Assembly (NCBI RefSeq): GCF_009914755.1
Contig: NC_060928.1
Source of the DNA: the human T2T-CHM13v2.0 reference genome, Homo sapiens
Length of the DNA: 64,000 bases
Strand: one strand, 5' to 3'
Shown one piece after another: positions 20,162 through 34,152 of the stretch. The position numbers and the translations under genes were made by a program. The first letter of the stretch is position 1. Every line of letters begins with the position of its first letter. Under the pieces are notes generated by a model that was not told where the DNA came from, did no database searches, and was given only the letters and a program-made list of their open reading frames with translations.

Positions 20162-20672
20162 TGCTGAGAGGAGCTCAGTCAGGGAGACCCTAACTCAGCG
20201 GCACTAGAGGAATTAAAGACACACACACAGAAATATAGAGGTGTGAAATGGGAAATCAGGGGTCTCACAACCTTCAGAGCTGAGAGCCCCTAACAGGGAT
20301 TTACCCACATATTTATTAACAGCAAACCAGTCATTAGCATTGTTTCTATAGATATTAAATTAACTGAAAGTATCCCTTAAGGGAAACAAGAGATGGGCCA
20401 AATTAAAGCAATAGATTGGGCAGTTAACTGCAGCAGGAGCATGTCCTTAAGGCACAGATCACTCATGCAATTGTTTGTGGCTTAAGAATGACTTTAAGTG
20501 GTTTTCCGCCCTGGGAGGGCCAGATGTTCATTGCCCTCATTCCCATAAACCCACAGTCTTCCAGCATGGGCATTAGGGCCATTATGAACATGTTACAGTG
20601 CTGCAGAGATTTTGTTTATTGTCAGTTTTGGGGCCAGTTTATGGCCAGATTTTGGGGGGCCTGCTCCCACCA
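20162..20672 (-). repeat. 3' LTR (MER9a-type)
   Basis: Direct repeat of the 5' LTR (about 35 substitutions and 2 one-base indels by manual count). Preceded on the minus strand by the polypurine tract AAAGAAGGGGGACA (20673-20686). Confidence 0.93.
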
Positions 20673-20689
20673 TGTCCCCCTTCTTTGAT

Positions 20690-21640
20690 TTGCAAATTGA
20701 TAAATGCAAAGGCAACTTTGTCACAGTGAGCTACTTCTCACAGGAGTCAGGATCCACATCTGCAGACTACCCAAAGACAATACAGATTAAAAGCACAATC
20801 ATCATTGAAATCACAGAACTTCCAGGTGTTTTTATCTATTTTAATGGGTTACTAGCTGCTAATCTGTCTGTAACTCCTTCAAGCACTCCAGTTCCTGGCA
20901 TTAAGGTCAGGTGTGCCTGGGATGCTTTAAATATTTGTTCTTTTAATTTTAAATCCTTATGTCAAGCTCCTAGAGTAGGCCATATCATTTGAGGTTGAGG
21001 TGCCACTATACCACAGTGGTTCCAGATAATAGGAACTTTTGCCATACTTCTCATCATTTCTACCATCTGACCATTTTTCTCAGATCATCTGAACATAGTG
21101 TGGCCATGGCACGCAGACTGAGAGGTGCAAGTCAAGCTAAACATCCCCTTAGGGGACCAATTAATAATGATTCCATAGGAATTGTTGTGCAGCACCTCTG
21201 TCTGTTCTGCAATGCGATCTTCCTAAACAAGTACGTTCATTTTTTCTAACTGGGTCCAAGCCTGTTTACAAATAGGTTTTTGAGGGCGATATGCCTCAAT
21301 TATAGGAGCAGATTTATTATGGTAAATACTGAGATCAGAAAGCATGTGTAACTGTGTCATAGAGTGATTGCATCCAGGCATTATTGCCAGCCAAGATTGA
21401 TCAATATGCCCGATAAGTATAATTGTTCTCTGTGTCAGTCCTTATTGAAGGAATACTCATGGCAGTGGTGATAACCGCTGTCATAGCTACCATTAAATTA
21501 TTCATTGTGACTGGTTGTCCCACTTTTGTTAGGTTGTCTTTCACCATCTGTGACAGCTTCTTGATCTGTCCCCAGATGGGTGGCTGTGTTCGATGGGTGT
21601 TGCTCATGACAGTTGGGGTCCTCCTCAGTGTCAGTCTCAA
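20690..21640 (-). pseudogene. env: HML-3 env remnant with large internal deletion
   Basis: Signal-peptide-like PIWGQIKKLSQM...ENNYTY; the SU-like part joins near 20950 to a TM C-terminal block [20 protein letters not shown]...VISMMIVLLICIVF. Only ~0.95 kb. Confidence 0.8.
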
Positions 21641-21659
21641 CATGCTGCAACCGAAGGGT

Positions 21660-24190
21660 CCTTGGGATCCTCCTGGAATCTCTTCCTCAGCATCTGGCTC
21701 ATGATAAGTTTTCAGGTGTCTTGATGGTATCCAAATTGGCTGTTGATTTTGGCCTGGAGAAATACAAGCATAATCTCTACCCCAAGTTATTATTTTACCT
21801 ATTTCCCAAATTTTGTTAACGGATCTCTCCACCAAATCAGTTGTTCTGCTTCTGTCTTTGCAGTTGGTTTCTGTACGTGCTGTACAGCTGCTGATAACAT
21901 CTGGCCTTTGGGCAGGCTCAAAAAATTTAAAGTTAATAATGCTAGATTCAGTTGCATCTGCGGTCTTCCATATTTTATCTCCCCCTTTCTGCTTTTGCAA
22001 CTGCTGTTTTAGGGAGAGATTCATTCTTTCCTCTGTGGCTTGTCCTTGAGAATTGTATGGGATACCAGTAATGTGTTTAATATTCCACATAGCGAAAAAT
22101 ATAGCTAGAGCTTGGCTATTATAGCCTGGGGCATTATCTGTTTTAATAGAAGCTGGAATGCCCATCACCACAAAACTGCAAAAGATGACACTTAACACAG
22201 GCGGAAGACTCTCCTATTTGATGTGTAGCCCAAAGTGAGAAAAGGTGTCCACACATTACATGTACATAAACTAGTCTCCCAAATGAGGGAACATGTGTGA
22301 CATCCATTTGCCAAAGTGTGTTAGGTTCCAGTCCTCGAGGATTAACTCCTCCTGTAAAAGATGAGGCATGTACCATTTGGTAAGTTGGGCATCCCTGTAT
22401 AATAGCTTTAGCTTCTTTCCAGGTAATGCTGTATCTGTGTTTGAGACCAGAGGCATTAACATGGGTTAAATTGTGAAAGTGTCTAGCATTAGATATTGCA
22501 TTAGCAACTAGGTGGTCAGCCTTTTGAATCCCTTTAGTCAAAGGTCCTGGAAGAGATGTATGAGCCCTAATGTGAGTGATGTAAAATGGGTGCATTCTAC
22601 TTCTAACTGCTGTTTGCAATTCGGTAAATAAAGTCATCAGTTGTTCATCTGTATGTAATAGTAACTGAGCATTTTCAATTAACTGTGTGGGATGAACCAC
22701 ATATGAAGAATCAGAAATCACATTAATAGGCATAGCAAAAGAAGTCAATATCTCAATTACAGCTACAAGTTCTGTTTTTGAGCTGAAGGATAGGACGTCT
22801 GGAAAACTTTACTTTTTGAGCCAGAATAAGAAGCTTTACCATTACTAGACCTATCTGTAAAAAACATTTTCAGCACCTTCAATTGGTTTAAATTTAGTTA
22901 TTTTAGGGAGAATCCAATTAGTTAATTTCAAAAACTGAAACAGCTTCGTTTTAGGAAAATTATCAGCAATACCCACAAAGCTTTATAAAAGCTTTCTGTA
23001 TTTATGCCTTCGTGAGAGGGACAATAATTTTTCCAGGATCATATCCATGTAATTTAACAATCCGAGTTCTCCCAATCCCTATCATAGTAGCGATTTGATA
23101 TAAATAAGGAGTTAGAGTCCGTGAATTAGTATGTGGAAGAAAAAGCCACTCTACTAAGTCCTGTTCTTGGACAATAACACCAGTAGGTGAATGCTGAGTT
23201 GAAAAAATTAGCAAATCTGGAGTCTGCTCTGGATCTATTCTATTTATTTGAGGCTTATGGACTTGCTTTTCAATTGGTTGTAACTTGACCTCAGCCTCCT
23301 TTGTTAATTGCCGAGGGCTAGTAAGGCTAGGATTTCCTCTAAGGATAGAAAGCAGATTACTCATGGCATAGGCAGGAATGCCTAGAGCAGGTCATATCCA
23401 ATTAATGTCCCCTACTAATTTTTGAAAGTCATTTAATGTTTTTAATTGATCCCTACGTATGGTTACTTTCTGTGGCACAATGGTAGTGTCATTTACTAAG
23501 GTCCCCAAGTAGGAGTAAGGAGTGCAGCAGTATGAATTTTGTCAGGAGCTATAATTAAACCAGCACAAGAAATCGAATTTTGCAAGTGATCATAACATTG
23601 GAGTAATATTTCTTGAGTGGGGCAGCACAAAATATATCATCCATATAGTGAATAATGTAACACTGTGAAAATTTTTTAGGAGTAGGTTCAATTGCTTGGC
23701 CCACATATGACTGGCAAATTGTGGGACTGTTTAACATGCCCTGTGGCAACACTTTCCAATGATAACACTTAGCAGGCTGCAGGTTGTTTACTGCAGGAAT
23801 TGTAAATGCAAACCATTCACAGTCTTGCTCAGCTAAAGGGGTAGTAAAGAAACAGTCTTTTAAATCTATGACTATTAAAGGCCAATTTTTTGGAATTATA
23901 GCAGGAGAAGGCAATCCTGGCTTTAATGCTCCCATAGGTTGTATAACTGAATTGATAGCTCTTAAATCAGTTAGCATTCTCCATTTACTTGATTTTTCTT
24001 AGGAAAACTGGAGAATTCCAAGGGAAAATGTTGGAGCTATGTGCCCATTTTCTAATTTTTCAGTAACTAATTTCTCTAAAGCCTCCAGTTTCTCTTTACT
24101 TAGCAGCCATTGTTCTATCCAAATTGGCTTATCTGTTAACCATTTTAAAGGTATAGGTTCTAGAGGCTTAACAATGGCCGCCATCAAAAA
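21660..24190 (-). pseudogene. pol: HML-3 pol remnant (RT, RNase H, integrase), frameshifted
   Basis: [26 protein letters not shown]; RNase H VISDSSYVV, HIRAHTSLPG; integrase HNLTH...CPTY, WQMDVTHV, KTDNAPGY, GIPYNSQGQ. Confidence 0.92.
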
Positions 24191-25010
24191 TTATTTCCTA
24201 ATCTTTGGCAGGAACTTTGTTTTTCCCCTTGACTTGGTTTTTTCAAATCTTGCAAATTTTTTTCTAGTTCCATACCAGGGACATACCTCATTTCATGCAT
24301 TGTATGTTGATTTTTAGGGCTATATAATTGTTCTGGAATTAGAACTTGTGCTCCTCATTGTTGTAATAAATCTCTTCCCCATAAATTTATAGGTACAGAA
24401 GTTATAATTGGTTGAATAGTACCAGGTTGTCCATCGGGCCCTTCACAATGCAAAATATAACTTCTTTGATATACTTCAGGGCCTTTACCAACTCCAACTA
24501 TGTTAAATTGAGCAGGTTGAATTGTCCATGTGGACAGCCAGTGCTGTAGAGAAATGATTGAAATGTCCACTCCTGTATCTACCAAACCTCTAAATTTCTT
24601 TCCCTGAATAGTTATTGCACAGGTAGGGTGTTTATCAGTAATTTGATTTACCCAATAAGCTGCTTTGCCTTGTTTATTTGTGCTTCCAAATCCTCCTGTG
24701 TGTTTAATTTCACTTTTTCCCATTTCCACATATGGCACAATTAGGAGCTGTGCCATGTGCTCTCCTGGCTCTGCTTTCCAGGGAACAGAAGTAGATATAA
24801 CGATTTGAATTTCCCCATTATAATCTGAATCAATGACTCCTGTATGTATTTGTACACTTTTTAAACTTAAACTAGACCTTCCTAAAAGTAATCCTATTGT
24901 CCCTGCTGGCAAGGGTCCTCCACAGACTCCTGTTAGGGACCTTTTGTGGGGGTTCCCCAGGCAGAAGGCTCACAGCTTTTGTGCAGCATAAATCTACTGC
25001 AGTGCTACCG
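24190..25010 (-). pseudogene. pro: HML-3 pro remnant: dUTPase, aspartic protease and G-patch-like tail
   Basis: ORF 24355..24912 holds dUTPase motifs GRSS, GVIDSDYNGEI and GGFGST, plus protease LVDTGVDISII and INLWGRDLL. Outer boundaries approximate. Confidence 0.9.
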
Positions 25011-25074
25011 GCTGTGGCGGGAGACAGACATTGTATGGGGATGAGGGAATGGCCTGAGCTGGAAATGCCCAGGT

Positions 25075-25842
25075 TTAGAATGGGGCCCAGGACAGGCCCC
25101 TCATGGCATTTCCCAAAATCAGGTTCCCTTCTTTATCAAACTTAGGGTGACATTGATTAGCCCAATGTTTTCCTTTTCTACATTTTGGACATATTTCAGG
25201 ATCAGCAGTTTTCTTTTTTCCCCTATCTGGCGGCCTGACTCTCTGAATTTTTCTACATTCCTTTTTAGTATGACCATGCTTCCCACAGTTAAAACAAGCT
25301 CCAGGAAATGGAGTATTTCCTTTATCCACTCTCAGTCTTGCCATTGCCTGTACTAGCCAAGTAGCTTTATGCAGATTACCTCTGATACCATCACAGGCCT
25401 TGATATAATAAACTAAATGTGCTTTCCTGAATTTAAAAGCAATAGGCTCAAATGTAGCCATAATATTTCCCTGTTGATCTGGGGGGTGTATTCTAACATG
25501 GAACTGCCAAGCCTCTAAATCACCCTCTCGTCTAGCTTGCTGAATTCCTGCCTGAATAGAACTAAGAGCGATCGCTCGAGGCGCTGCTTGAACAGTCACT
25601 GGGGCAACTACTTTTCACCCAGTGTCCTCCAGAAAAGAAAGATCTGGAGGGTCTTTTTCTTCAAAATAATAAGGAGGGGTTACAGAAGGGTAGGGATGAA
25701 CCTCTCCTTCCTTTGCTGCTTTAGCTGGTAAATAAACATGCTCTGTAACCTCTTCTGTTACTTCACTATACTCTCCTTCCTCCTCCTCATCAGTGTGAAA
25801 AAGTTCCATGGTAGAATGGACCAGACCCCACACTTGTCCCAT
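25075..25842 (-). pseudogene. gag: HML-3 gag remnant (short MA, most of CA deleted, NC with two CCHC knuckles)
   Basis: MGQVW start; YIKACDGIRG; zinc knuckles CFNCGKHGHTKKEC and CPKCRKGKHWANQC. Confidence 0.88.
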
Positions 25843-25965
25843 GATTAACCTGATGCTTCCGAGCTCCCCTTCTTACTCACCACAGGGATTGCTTTAAGAG
25901 TACTTGGGTGTCCTCCAGCTTAGTTTTCCATTCCAACCATCGCTCCGGCAATCCTTCGACCTGGA

Positions 25966-25989
25966 TTCGAGCCCCCATGATGGACGCCA
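25966..25989 (-). promoter_or_regulatory. Primer binding site, tRNA-Lys-like
   Basis: TGGCGTCCATCATGGGGGCTCGAA lies 2 nt after the 5' LTR and resembles the tRNA-Lys1,2 PBS TGGCGCCCAACGTGGGGCTCGAA. Confidence 0.75.
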
Positions 25990-25991
25990 CT

Positions 25992-26504
25992 TGCTGAGAC
26001 CAGCTCAGTCAGGGAGACCCTAACTCAGCGGCGCTAGAGGAATTAAAGACACACACACAGAAATATAGAGGTGCGCAGTGGGAAATCAGGGGTCTCACAA
26101 CCTTCAGAGCTGAGAGCCCCAAACAGAGATTTACCCACATATTTATTAACAACAAACCAGTCATTAGCATTGTTTCTATAGATATTAAATTAACTAAAAG
26201 TATCCCTTATGGGAAATGAAGGGATGGGCTGAATTAAAGGAATAGGTTGGGCTAGTTAACTGCAGCAGGTGCATGTCCTTAAGGCACAGATTGCTCATGC
26301 TATTGTTTGTGGCTTAAGAATGCCTTTAAGCAGTTTTCTGCCCTGGGAGGGCCAGGTGTTCCTTGCCCTCATTCCTGTAAACCCACAATCTTCCAGCATG
26401 GGCATTAGGGCCATTATGAACATGTTACAGTGCTGCAGAGATTTTGTTTATGGCCAGTTTTGGAGCTAGTTTATGGCCAGATTTTGGGGGGCCTGCTCCC
26501 AACA
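25992..26504 (-). repeat. 5' LTR (MER9a-type)
   Basis: Minus strand starts TGTTGGGAGCAGGCCCCCCAAAATCTGGCCATAAAC and ends GGTCTCAGCA; direct repeat of 20162-20672. Confidence 0.93.
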
Positions 26505-27007
26505 GGAGTGTCCTGATTTTCCAGGTAGCATCTGTCACAGCTTCCCTTGGCTAGGAAAGGGAATTCTCTGACCCCTTGTGCTTCCCAGGTGAGGTGATGC
26601 CCCACCTTGCTTTGGCTCACACTCTGTGGGCTGCACCCACTGTCTGACAAGCCCCAGTGAAATGAAACCCGTACCTCAGTTGGAAATGCAGAAATCACCC
26701 ACTTCTGCGTTGCTCACACTGGAAGCTGTAGACTGGAGCTGTTCCTATTCGGCCATCTTGGCACCTCTCTCTGCTAGTTTCCTTACTGAATACATATCTG
26801 TCCATTTCTTTTTACCTGGGTAGTATTAATCATAGGATTTTAAGTCTGGAAGGGATTTTCAAAATTGCCGTCCAAATAAAATTTCTCATTTTTTAAATAA
26901 ACATAAGTAAGTAAATAAAAACAAAGTATGAAATAACTTAAGATGTTTCCCCAGAGGGTTGTTTGGTAATACAAACTCTGTGAAATAAAAGTAAATTATG
27001 AATGTAG

Positions 27008-27331
<324 letters not shown>

Positions 27332-30329
27332 GAAATTTGGTTATTTTTATAAAATTAAAATGAAATTTATCCAAGTAGGCAAAGGAAGGAAAATTTTATG
27401 TAATAGATGTTTTGAATCATGAGAAGTTTTTTTTTGTTAAATGTTGCTATGATAGTAACCTTATGATTTCCCAATGCAGAATTATCTTAGTATATTTACA
27501 GCAGTTCCAGAGTCCAAGATTAAAAGAAAATTGTTTAGCTAAGCTTTAAAAAGGAACAATTATAAATAATATTTATAAAAATTTTATTAAAAATATCTAC
27601 CACGATTCTTCATCTGTAGCTACCAGCTAGGGTAAACTTTGCATAAAACTTATCACTTGTCTCCTATTTCAAGTGCTTTGTAAAACTTGAAAATGTTCTG
27701 TTTTAATACTTCAATTATAGGACTTACCAATGTCTATTCTCTTCTCAGTTTTCAGGAAACATTGTCTATAACAATACTATATGAGGTTCATAGTAGTAGT
27801 CATTTTTCAGTATTGATGTTACGGCGTTTTAATTTTCTTGGGCAATTGTATCCTAAATTTATTTTAAACTAAGTTATTCAAAACTTCTGCTACTGTTATT
27901 ATTTTATTTTGTGAAATTTTTCAAAGCTGTAAGATCTTGTTTGGAAGCACTGAGGGCAAATATGATAAAGTTGACCTCTTACAATTATTACACATTTTCA
28001 GGAATAGCTAGTGCTCAGTAAATTGTTATTATTGTGCTTTTCATAATTAGTGATAAATATTTTTTAATGCCATTTAGTGTACCCTGGAACTTAATGTAGA
28101 ATAGCAGCAGGTCTCAGTCATGTTCGCTGGTATGTCCTAGGTCATTAGCTGATGTTGAGTAGGTATTCTGGAAATACTCTAAAAATATTACTTAACCAAA
28201 TGAATGATCTGACTACTTGTATGCTTGATACTTTTGTGATTCAAGCATTATACTCATACTGAGAAAATGTAGACATAGCAAAATGTTAACTGGGCTATAT
28301 GCCTGTCAGAAAAATCATAATATACCCATAATTATTAAGATTGTGATAGTTAGTGCTAGCATACCTATTTATATGTCCTCCAGAAAGAAAGATCTGTTAC
28401 TTAATCATGACAAAAAGAGTCTAGGAATTACCAGAGAAATAGAAAAAAAGGGTTATAAATAGAATTAATTCTAATCTGCTAGAATTCTAATATGTTAAAA
28501 TTTCAATTTTCTAGGTCTCTGCAAACCTCCCGAACGGTATATATAATGATTTTAGACTTATAGGTAGGGTTTCTAGAGAGCCTAAATGTTAATGGATTTT
28601 TTTTTAAAGAAAGTAAACATTTTGGTAATTTGCAGGTAAAAGGTGGTTCCTAAAACTTACCATAGCCTTAGCTCAATATCAGGTCATTCATTACAATTTG
28701 TCTTCATCATCAAAAAATGTTTATGTTTATAACTGTTACCTTTTCTTTATTTGATTTAGGTAGAATCCAAGTATTCTAAGAGGTATTGTGCCCTGGATCT
28801 AAAAAATCAGGTTTAGAGTACATGAATGTACTTATTTTGATGCTGGTGTATTCATTCTTAATTAGGACAGGAGATGCTGAAAATTTACTTAGTGATAAAG
28901 CTAATAATTCTCCTCCTGTAGCATCTGGTCTCCAGTGGCCTGGAGTCATTGTCTAACCTGAATTTGGGAATAGTTGAGAAAGTTATTCTGTATGACCTCA
29001 TTTGAATTAAAGTTGTTGGTGTAGGAAGTGTTTAAATTCAACTGAAAATTTTCTGAATATCCTGGTGTCCTTGGCCCAATATTTCTGTGAAACCAAATGA
29101 AATATCTGAGAACCATGGAGAAATACAATCTGGCTAGTACTGTTTTGTTTTTCTTTTTTCAACTTATAATTTGTTTCTTCCCAAAGGATTATATATATAT
29201 TGTATATAAAGGCATATATATTACATATATAACCTTACCATTTATAGGTATATGGATTTTTTTAATGTATGGAAAACAAATTGAACATTTATTTGAATTT
29301 TAATTTTTGAATAATAATTTAACATTTGCATTTAATTGAGAGATTTGAGTTTATAAATTTAAATTATTTTGATTATTAAAACAGTGAGTATTTCTTATAG
29401 CAGCAGAGGAGTCTGCTGCAAGGATTTTACTCTTCTGTCCTATGAGCAAGTCACTGAGTTGCTAATGCAGTCAGTGCATGTTGCAGTACCTGTCTAGTCT
29501 TGTGGATTTCTCTTTGGCACCACTGTTGAAATCTGTAGCCCTGGCTATAGCCTTAATTTACTAGATGCCTGCACTCCATGATTTCCTTATCCTAATCCAA
29601 ATCCTCTTCCTGCCCATTGGTTCATGTAGAACATGTTTCCCTCACCAGGATCTCTTAGATGACTAGGATGGACAAGCGGTACAATCTCAGGGAAACTTTC
29701 TCAGTTAGATACAAAACCAGATACATGTTATTTGGTTTTATCTCCAATTATTAGGTTTCTTTTTTAGAGTTTTAGTTACCCCAGAGAATCTAGCAGCATC
29801 TTATCCCTGCTCTAATGTCTTCCAATTCTCAGCAATCTCTTTCAAACCAAAGTGGCTTTTCCTCTTCCCATGTGGCAAAAGCTTACTTATCTTCTTATAT
29901 ATCATATCCTCTATCCTTTCTATACTGTGTCTTATAACAAAACTGCAAATGCAGACAATCTAAGCCTTGCTCTTGATATGTAAAGGAAATTTTTTGAACT
30001 TAAGAATTTTTTTTTCCACAAAGCCTGACTTTCAGGATGATGTATTTTAAGGACTTTAAAAAAGAATCAAATTTGGAGGAAGAATTCAGATTCAAAGCTA
30101 AGGAATGACCTCTCTGAGACTGTATGCATATGCCTTTCCTACAGAAATAAATGCCATTGTGTTAAAAGGTGAGAAAGTGTAGGTCAATGTGATTTACAGA
30201 GAATAAAAAGTACATTGTCTTACGGTTTCAAAATATTATTCCCCTGAATTGTCTATTAGTAGCTTATTTTCACAGCTTCCATTTCCTCTAAATGTCTGTT
30301 AATTTACTTATTATTTTATCCTTAAAAGG

Positions 30330-30520
30330 AATCTTGGAATTAGGTAAAACTTGGTTTGAACTTAACTTCATGGATATGTAGGAAGACTTTTCTACCTCAG
30401 TTTTCTCATCTGTAAAATGTCAATAACACTGCCCACCTGGTTGTTATCAGGATTAAATGAGTTAATCAGAATAATGTCTGAAACATAATGGATGCTTTAT
30501 AACATATGCTATTAACATTT
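30330..30520 (-). mobile_element. MIR SINE fragment
   Basis: MIR core CCTCAGTTTTCTCATCTGTAAAATG...GGATTAAATGAG. Confidence 0.65.
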
Positions 30521-30939
30521 TAATTTGGATAGTATGTAATGTCTAATACTTAATAGTATTGTTTGATGAATAAATGTAAAACTATAGGTAAATGCCAAGC
30601 ATCATAGTTCATTTAGAAAGCTCTGTACAAAAGTTAATTACCCTTCTCTTGCTTTCCTTTCTTTTCAAAGCTAACTGCCTTACCTGTGCTCTGAGTAGCA
30701 TAATTTCCTGATTATACATAGGCCCAGTGTCATTAACTATCTGCTATTTCTGTTGTATCTTCAATTTCTCCCTTTCCACTGACTGTTCTTATATTTAAAC
30801 CTTCTCTGTTCTAAAGAAATTGTTGATTTCTGCATCAAGCTTTCTTCTTTCTGGGGCCAAACTGTTGGATGAATATTGAACATGTGTATACTTATAACTG
30901 CCCAACCTTCGAACCTGCTTATTAACTTTTCAGAATTAC

Positions 30940-31410
30940 CTTACTTTATGAATTTTGATAAGTGATGCTCTATGTATTAGAGCATCTCCCATTTTCACTA
31001 GATAAGCTGAAAATGCCAGATACTCACTTTCCTAGCCTCCTTTATTACTAGGGTGGGGACACATGACCCAGTCTCCATCAATCTGATGTACATTTTCCAG
31101 AGACACAGTCGGTTCCAAGGCAGGTTCCACAGTTTCAGGGAAATTCAGGGGCAGCTGTGACAATAGTAATAACAGTGCTATCCCTTGTTCAGAGCTGGCT
31201 GGCTTGAAAGTGCTAACTTTATTATCTGGTGCTGAAATGTGATGGCAGTGTGTCTTTGTTGCATCCGTACCATGGTGTGCGTGGCCCTGAACTGGTTACC
31301 CAGTCTTTTCAATTCTGATAACTACTCAATCTTCTTTTAGTAAATTCCTTTTCTACTTCAATCAGCCAGAGTTGCTTTCCATTGCTTGCAGCCTAGAACC
31401 TTGGCTGAAA
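30940..31410 (+). mobile_element. Old MaLR LTR (MLT1-like)
   Basis: 3' end TAAATTCCTTTTCTACTTCAATCAGCCAGAGTTGCTTTCCATTGCTTGCAGCCTAGAACC resembles MLT1 termini. Confidence 0.55.
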
Positions 31411-33428
31411 TAAGAAAAAGTAGCCTATTTTCACTGCTTCATCTCCTCTCCTTCTGTTCTGCCTTTAACTTGGTGCCATCTAGGTTTCTTCTGCACTTGA
31501 AGCTGTTTTCTTCTACAGCAAATTGACTTAACTATACCAAATAAAAAAGCTTACTGCTAATCCTGCTGAGACCCTTTGTGACACAGGACATTGGTCATTC
31601 TTTCCTGTGAGACATTATCTTTCTCTCCTGAATCTTTTCCTACCTCTGACTACTGCCTTCCAGTTTTATGCCCCCACTTTTCCCCCCATGGACTTGCCTT
31701 TTAATTGTGGTTGTTTTCCTTGATTCTTCCTTTGGCTATTTTCTCACCATAATCTTACAATATTCCTTAAGAAAATTCCCCTACTTCCACATATTTAATT
31801 TCTTCAGATTTCCAACATCAAATCTCAAGCCATGTTTGTTTGTTTTTTAAGTTTGATACCATGCTCAGATTTCAAAGTCCTTGCAGGATAACTCTGTCGA
31901 TTGAATGTACCCTTGAGACTTAGTATGTAAATTGAGCTTGTCCACCCTACCTGCTCCACCTAGGAAATTATCTATTTTACTTGATGTTATGTTCTCATTT
32001 ACTGAGAGTTGTCAAATGCTCTCTTTCCTTTTTTGCCCACACATCTTATTAGTAACAAAACTTGTTTCTGTCTCTGAAATCTCCCATATCATTTCCTCTT
32101 TGCCCCTCTCCTTGGAAGAACCTTGATTTAGCCCTCATTATATTTGGATTGCTTCTGTTGACAAAGATTCTGTCTTCTTTTAATCCATTTATTTTCTTTC
32201 TAAAGCAAAGCTGTGCTGATTTTTTTTCCTAGTCAAAATTTTGGTTTTTACAAAATAAAATCCAGATTATTTATTTTTTAATTTCTAACCTTAATTTTTG
32301 TAATGTCTACAATAGACTCAGTGTCTCTGCTATATTGGTAAAATTTATATCCTAAAAATGATATTGCTATCTAGCCCTCATCTTTTGATCAAGCTGTTTT
32401 TCCTGACTGAAATGTCATTTCCCTCATGTCAACCTCCCACAGCCTTTACATTTCCAAAAGCTTAGCTAACTTCCTCCTTTGTCTACGATCCTTCCTCAAA
32501 CTATACATGCAAAACTCCCATTTTCTTTCCCTGTACTGACATGTGTTTTGTAATGAATATTTGTGTCTTTTTTTTCAACCGTACTGCATTTTATCCTTAG
32601 CTCATCTACAATACCTAAAACAGAGCCTTTTACCTCAGTGTTGCTTGGTTATTTGAATCTAAGTAAGTTTCTGTCCAGAGAGGCATATGCCTCTTTTCCT
32701 TGCTGCCCTATCTTTGCAAAAAGTTATAATCCACAGCAAAAGTTTCCCACAATGATTTGGTTCCATGGTAACTAAATTCTCCTTAAAATGTTGGAAGTAG
32801 GACCTATGTTGTATATCACTTATTCACAGGAAATTAAAATTAACTTTGTTCCTGTTCATAATATTGTGAACATCATAAAGGCTGGATGAAAAGGGAAAAT
32901 GAAGAGTTCCACTTCCCAGTATTGAAAGAACCCTGGATTAGTCCTAGCTGTGCACTCTGTTATAATCTTAGATAAATTACGTAATCTCCTCATACTAAAT
33001 ATATTTATAATAATAATGGGGGCATATTTATCAGCATTACTGTAAAGTACAAAAATACTAAAAGCAAAAGCACTATGAAAGCTATACAAATATTACATGA
33101 ATATAAAATACAACACTTATTGTGGTTATTATTGTTCGATCTTGTCATTTCCACCAGTCAAAGCTTGTAAAGATTCTTCTAAGTCCCTATTTTAAAGTCT
33201 ATGTCATTCTTTTCATGTCCTGACTCTTATATGGACACAATGAATGCCCATTGCTTATATGTCTTTACTTCTAATTCAAATCTTCCTGTTTGTTTTATTG
33301 ATTTTTTTTTTCAAATGCTATGGCCTGATGTCCCTTATGATTGCTATGTTTTGGGTAAGAGGGGTTTTAAAATTGTGTTTTAGTTTGAGACAATATTTCG
33401 TTGACTCAACAAGAACCCACATATATGA

Positions 33429-33735
<307 letters not shown>

Positions 33736-34152
33736 CCTATTCTTATTTTAAAGTAATGTTGACTCTAAATCAATTTATACAGTACATATTAAAATTAACA
33801 TCATGAAAGGTTTTATTCTAGGCACTGTAGATGACAGTCCTTATAAAATTAAGGATAAGCCAAAATATAATTCTAGTTCAAAGGAGAATTTAGTAGATGC
33901 CAATAAGAAGTAAAAATAGATACAATAATGGTTCAGAGTAGAAGAATTTCAAATCTGAGTTAATAATAACATTCATAAAAGTTTTCATATGAAAGAGGTG
34001 GCATTTGGGATGGGAAAATTGAGAAAAAAAATTATTGATTGTCATAGCATTGCTCCACAGTCAATCATGTCACATAAATGTGAAACAGAAATAAATTTCA
34101 CCAACATTCCAAGTTTCCTTTGTTTCATTATACCAAATGCACATGGTAGAGA

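Larger units (their letters stand above)
20162..26504 (-). mobile_element. Endogenous betaretrovirus HERV-K(HML-3)/HERVK9 provirus, two MER9 LTRs, internally deleted (~6.3 kb)
   Basis: Paired ~510-bp LTRs with TG..CA ends, PBS, PPT and gag-dUTPase/pro-pol-env remnants. 6-bp TSD GGAGTG (26505-26510) versus mutated TTAGTG (20156-20161). Confidence 0.93.

Noticed and set aside
28500-28790. Two plus-strand micro-exon candidates (22-23 nt, AG...GT)
   Set aside because: Weak donors (GTATAT, GTATTG), no recognisable peptide; expected by chance in AT-rich DNA.
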